A DNA stretch of 64,000 bases from NCBI GenBank assembly GCA_951406725.2, contig OX597817.1, positions 144,522,001-144,586,000 of the forward strand, read 5' to 3'. Below, piece after piece: positions 61,545 to 64,000 of the stretch (position 1 is the first letter of the stretch; the number at the start of each line of letters is the position of its first letter). The translations under genes were made by a program, and so were the position numbers. Under the pieces are notes generated by a model. That model made no database searches and was not told the origin of the DNA. It saw only the letters and a list, made by a program, of their open reading frames with translations. Source of the stretch: Octopus vulgaris (taxonomy: Eukaryota).

Positions 61545-62769
61545 ATTTGTTTCCCACCACCACTTGACAACCGGTGTTGGTGTGTTTATGTCCCTGTAAC
61601 TTGAAACCAAGCTGTTGCAGTATCTGCTCCTGTATCCTGTTGCTCAGTGTTTAGCAGTCATATAGAGCCATGGAAAAGACATGTCACTTCATTGGTCTTA
61701 TGTTTGTCTAGTGGGACACTCAGTGACCTTTCCATATTTTAGTCAGGTTACTTACTCATTGCTGAGTAACCCCTAATCGACCCAAGATGAGTGTCCCCTT
61801 CACCGTGCCTGTCACTGTAGATAGAAATACTCTTTGCATAATGGAGTCTTAGACAAAGTATGTGTGAAAAGACATGATAGTCATGGCTAGATTGTTTTTA
61901 CTCATAGGTTTGCTCAGTCAGAGCTGACCTGGGGCTAAACAGCAACAGCAACAATTAATCATCATCATCATGGTCATCATCATCATCATCATTTATTGAA
62001 TTACCTAACCAAATCTGTTAACATTGTTCTCATTAGTATTTACTTATTATTCTAAACAGATTAAAAGAATGCATTAATTAGCTGATAGAAAAGAACGCTA
62101 TTGTTGCACATGAATAAAAGAACTTGCTGAGAATCTTGTGTGACACTAATCCAGTTTCCATTACTGATTCTGTGTTTTTTTTTTTTGCTTTTTTTGTTTT
62201 TGTTTTCTCATTTAATACATTTAACTGTCTAATAGACTTGGTAAAGAAAATCAGATCTTTTTTCTGTTTACCTCCTAACTATCAAAATAACTAAAATTAC
62301 TATCTCCTCAATAACAATAGACTAATTGAAACCAGTGAGCTTTTCAAAATTCAAAGAATTTTGGGTTTTTTCATTTGTCTTTTCTTTTTTTTTCTTCTTT
62401 TTTTTTTGATTAGAAGAATGCCCCTTACCAATTCTGTAGCAGCTGGGTTTATATATACATCTTCATGTTCATTGTTTAATGTCCATTTTCCATGCTGGCA
62501 TATATATTTATACATGTGCTGCCTGACTGGTTACCATGTAGCATGTAAAAAGCACCATTCAAATGTGGTCGATGCCCTTGTGCCAGCGTAAAAAGCATCC
62601 ACTATCAACTGCAGCATATTTTAGTGGTGGGGGGGATCTTGTATTTATTCTATTGGTCTCTTTTGCTGAACCTAAGCTAAGTTACAGGAATGTAAACAAA
62701 CCAGCACTCGTTGTCAAGCAGTGTAGTGGAGGACAAACACACACATATACACACACACTCTCTCTCTAT

Positions 62770-62841
<72 letters not shown>

Positions 62842-63009
62842 GTTTCTTTCAGTTTCCGTCAACCAAATTCACTCAAAAGGCTTTGGTCAGCTTGAGGCTA
62901 TAGTAGAAGACACTTGCCCATGGTGCCATGCAATGTGACTTAATCCAGAACCATATCGTTGAGAAGCAAGCTTTTTATCACACAGTCATGCCTGCTTATA
63001 GATATACAT

Positions 63010-63042
<33 letters not shown>

Positions 63043-63045
63043 CAT

Positions 63046-63282
63046 ACCAGAGTAAGCACATAAATGTGAAGCAAGGTTGAAAAAAGAGTGCTCAAATACC
63101 AGAGGTAGAGTAATATACTTTATTTAAAAGCAGCAGAAATATAACAAAAGCTGTTACTCCAAGTTTCATGTTCCCGTTCATCAGACAGTTTTATTAAAAA
63201 AAAAAACTGTCCTATGAACAGGAACATGAAACTCGGAGTAACAGCTTTTGTTATATTTTTGCTGCTTTTAAATAAAGTATAT
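63046..63282. mobile_element. Short PLE-type inverted pLTR pair carrying hammerheads
   Basis: Arms about 63113-63192 and 63203-63282 are inverted with a roughly 10-nt spacer. The left side has a roughly 65-bp extra tail. Flanked by (TA)n. Confidence 0.75.
63151..63188 (-). ncRNA. Minimal type I hammerhead motif
   Basis: Minus strand: CUGU-CUGAUGA-ACGGGAACAU-GAAA-CUUGGAG-UA-ACAG. Canonical core boxes and stem I CUGU/ACAG. The mirror copy at 63207-63244 (+) has the core mutated to CCTATGA. Confidence 0.7.
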
Positions 63283-63288
63283 ATATAT

Positions 63289-63688
63289 AGGCGCAGGAGT
63301 GGCTGTGTGGTAAGTAGCTTGTTTACCAACCACATGGTTCCGGGTTCAGTCCCACTGCGTGACACCATGGGCAAGTGTCTTCTACTATAGCCTCGGGCTG
63401 ACCAAAGCCTTGTGAGTGGATTTGGTAGACGGAAACCTGAAAGAAGCCTGTCGTATATATGTATATATATATATGCATGTGTGTGTTTGTGTGTCTGTAT
63501 TTGTTCCCCTAGCATTGCTTGACAACCGATGCTGGTGTGTTTATGTCCCGGTTACTTAGTGGTTCGGCAAAAGAGACCGATAAAATAAGTACTGGGCTTA
63601 CAAAAGAATAAGTCCCGGGGTCAAGTTGCTCGATTAAAGGCGGTGCTCCAGTATGGCCGCAGACAAATGACTGAAACAAGTAAAAGAA
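63289..63688 (+). mobile_element. SINE family A (tRNA-type head, central (TA/TG)n, AAGTAAAAGA tail), representative full copy
   Basis: Head GGCGCAGGAGTGGCTGTGTGGTAAG...GGTTCAGTCCC is A/B-box-like. About 20 full or partial copies occur in the window, including approximately 8365-8590(-), 13374-14210(+), 15085-16197(+), 19832-20050(-), 20081-20365(+), 22777-22920(-), 29128-29660(+), 29982-30365(+), 43205-43595(+), 44400-44770(-), 47918-48145(-), 56090-56472(-), 58997-59260(+), 61003-61600(+) and 62640-62996(-). Confidence 0.9.
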
Positions 63689-64000
63689 TATATATATATA
63701 TATATATATATATGGTTAAGATGGAAGGAATGAGTTATGCTGATGTTCTGAGTAAATGCCTTCAGAATGATGTGGCTGATGTTAAGCTTGAACCTAAAAA
63801 GTTGACATTTGTGGAAAAGTAATTCCAGCGGAAAATTTACACCCTGGGGAAGAAGGATCGAGATGTGGTGTTTGCATAGGTATATGGAAGAAAGAGGTGG
63901 CAGTGTACGACTAATTATGTTTGGCAAGCAGAGGCTGTTGTTGTAGTGGGAGAAAAGATAGCGAGGAGACAATGCATCTGTAGTTTGTTGATTGAGTCTT

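Larger units (their letters stand above)
36402..64000 (+). other. Inferred intron 1 of the MAGI gene (more than 27 kb, runs off the window)
   Basis: GTAAGT donor at 36402. I found nothing resembling the expected next exon (L-x-K-D-L-R...R-F-Q-K-G-S-x-D-H) downstream. MAGI genes are known for very large introns. Confidence 0.7.

Noticed and set aside
63634-64000. 112-aa minus-strand ORF at the window end
   Set aside because: No recognisable motif, and it runs into (TA)n and a SINE. Probably an unclassified TE fragment cut by the window edge.

Overview
AT-rich, microsatellite- and SINE-saturated animal genomic DNA. The repeat families look like those of octopus (coleoid cephalopod); this is from recall and not verified. 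The only supportable host coding sequence is the first coding exon of a MAGI-family scaffold gene (PDZ0 domain, + strand, ATG 35945, donor after 36401). It sits in a roughly 8 kb transposon-free, CpG-richer island (about 33.3-41.2 kb), and I found no exon 2, so intron 1 appears to exceed 27 kb. The rest is transposon debris: three tRNA-type SINE families, a (GAT)n-tailed family, CR1 and RTE LINE fragments, mariner, hAT and piggyBac-type non-autonomous DNA elements, non-autonomous Helitrons and Penelope-like element (PLE) remnants. Nearly all ORFs in the supplied track are artefacts of microsatellites or SINEs. The main hidden signal is RNA-structural. I count about 11 hammerhead-ribozyme (HHR) motifs from about 6 unrelated families. 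Most lie in PLE-type inverted repeats, including U3:A8 and A6U core variants and one with a roughly 90-nt stem II. Three form a decayed tandem array with a roughly 334-nt monomer (retrozyme-like) on the sense strand of the MAGI intron. The window also holds hairpin/palindrome minisatellites and several templated-insertion scars.
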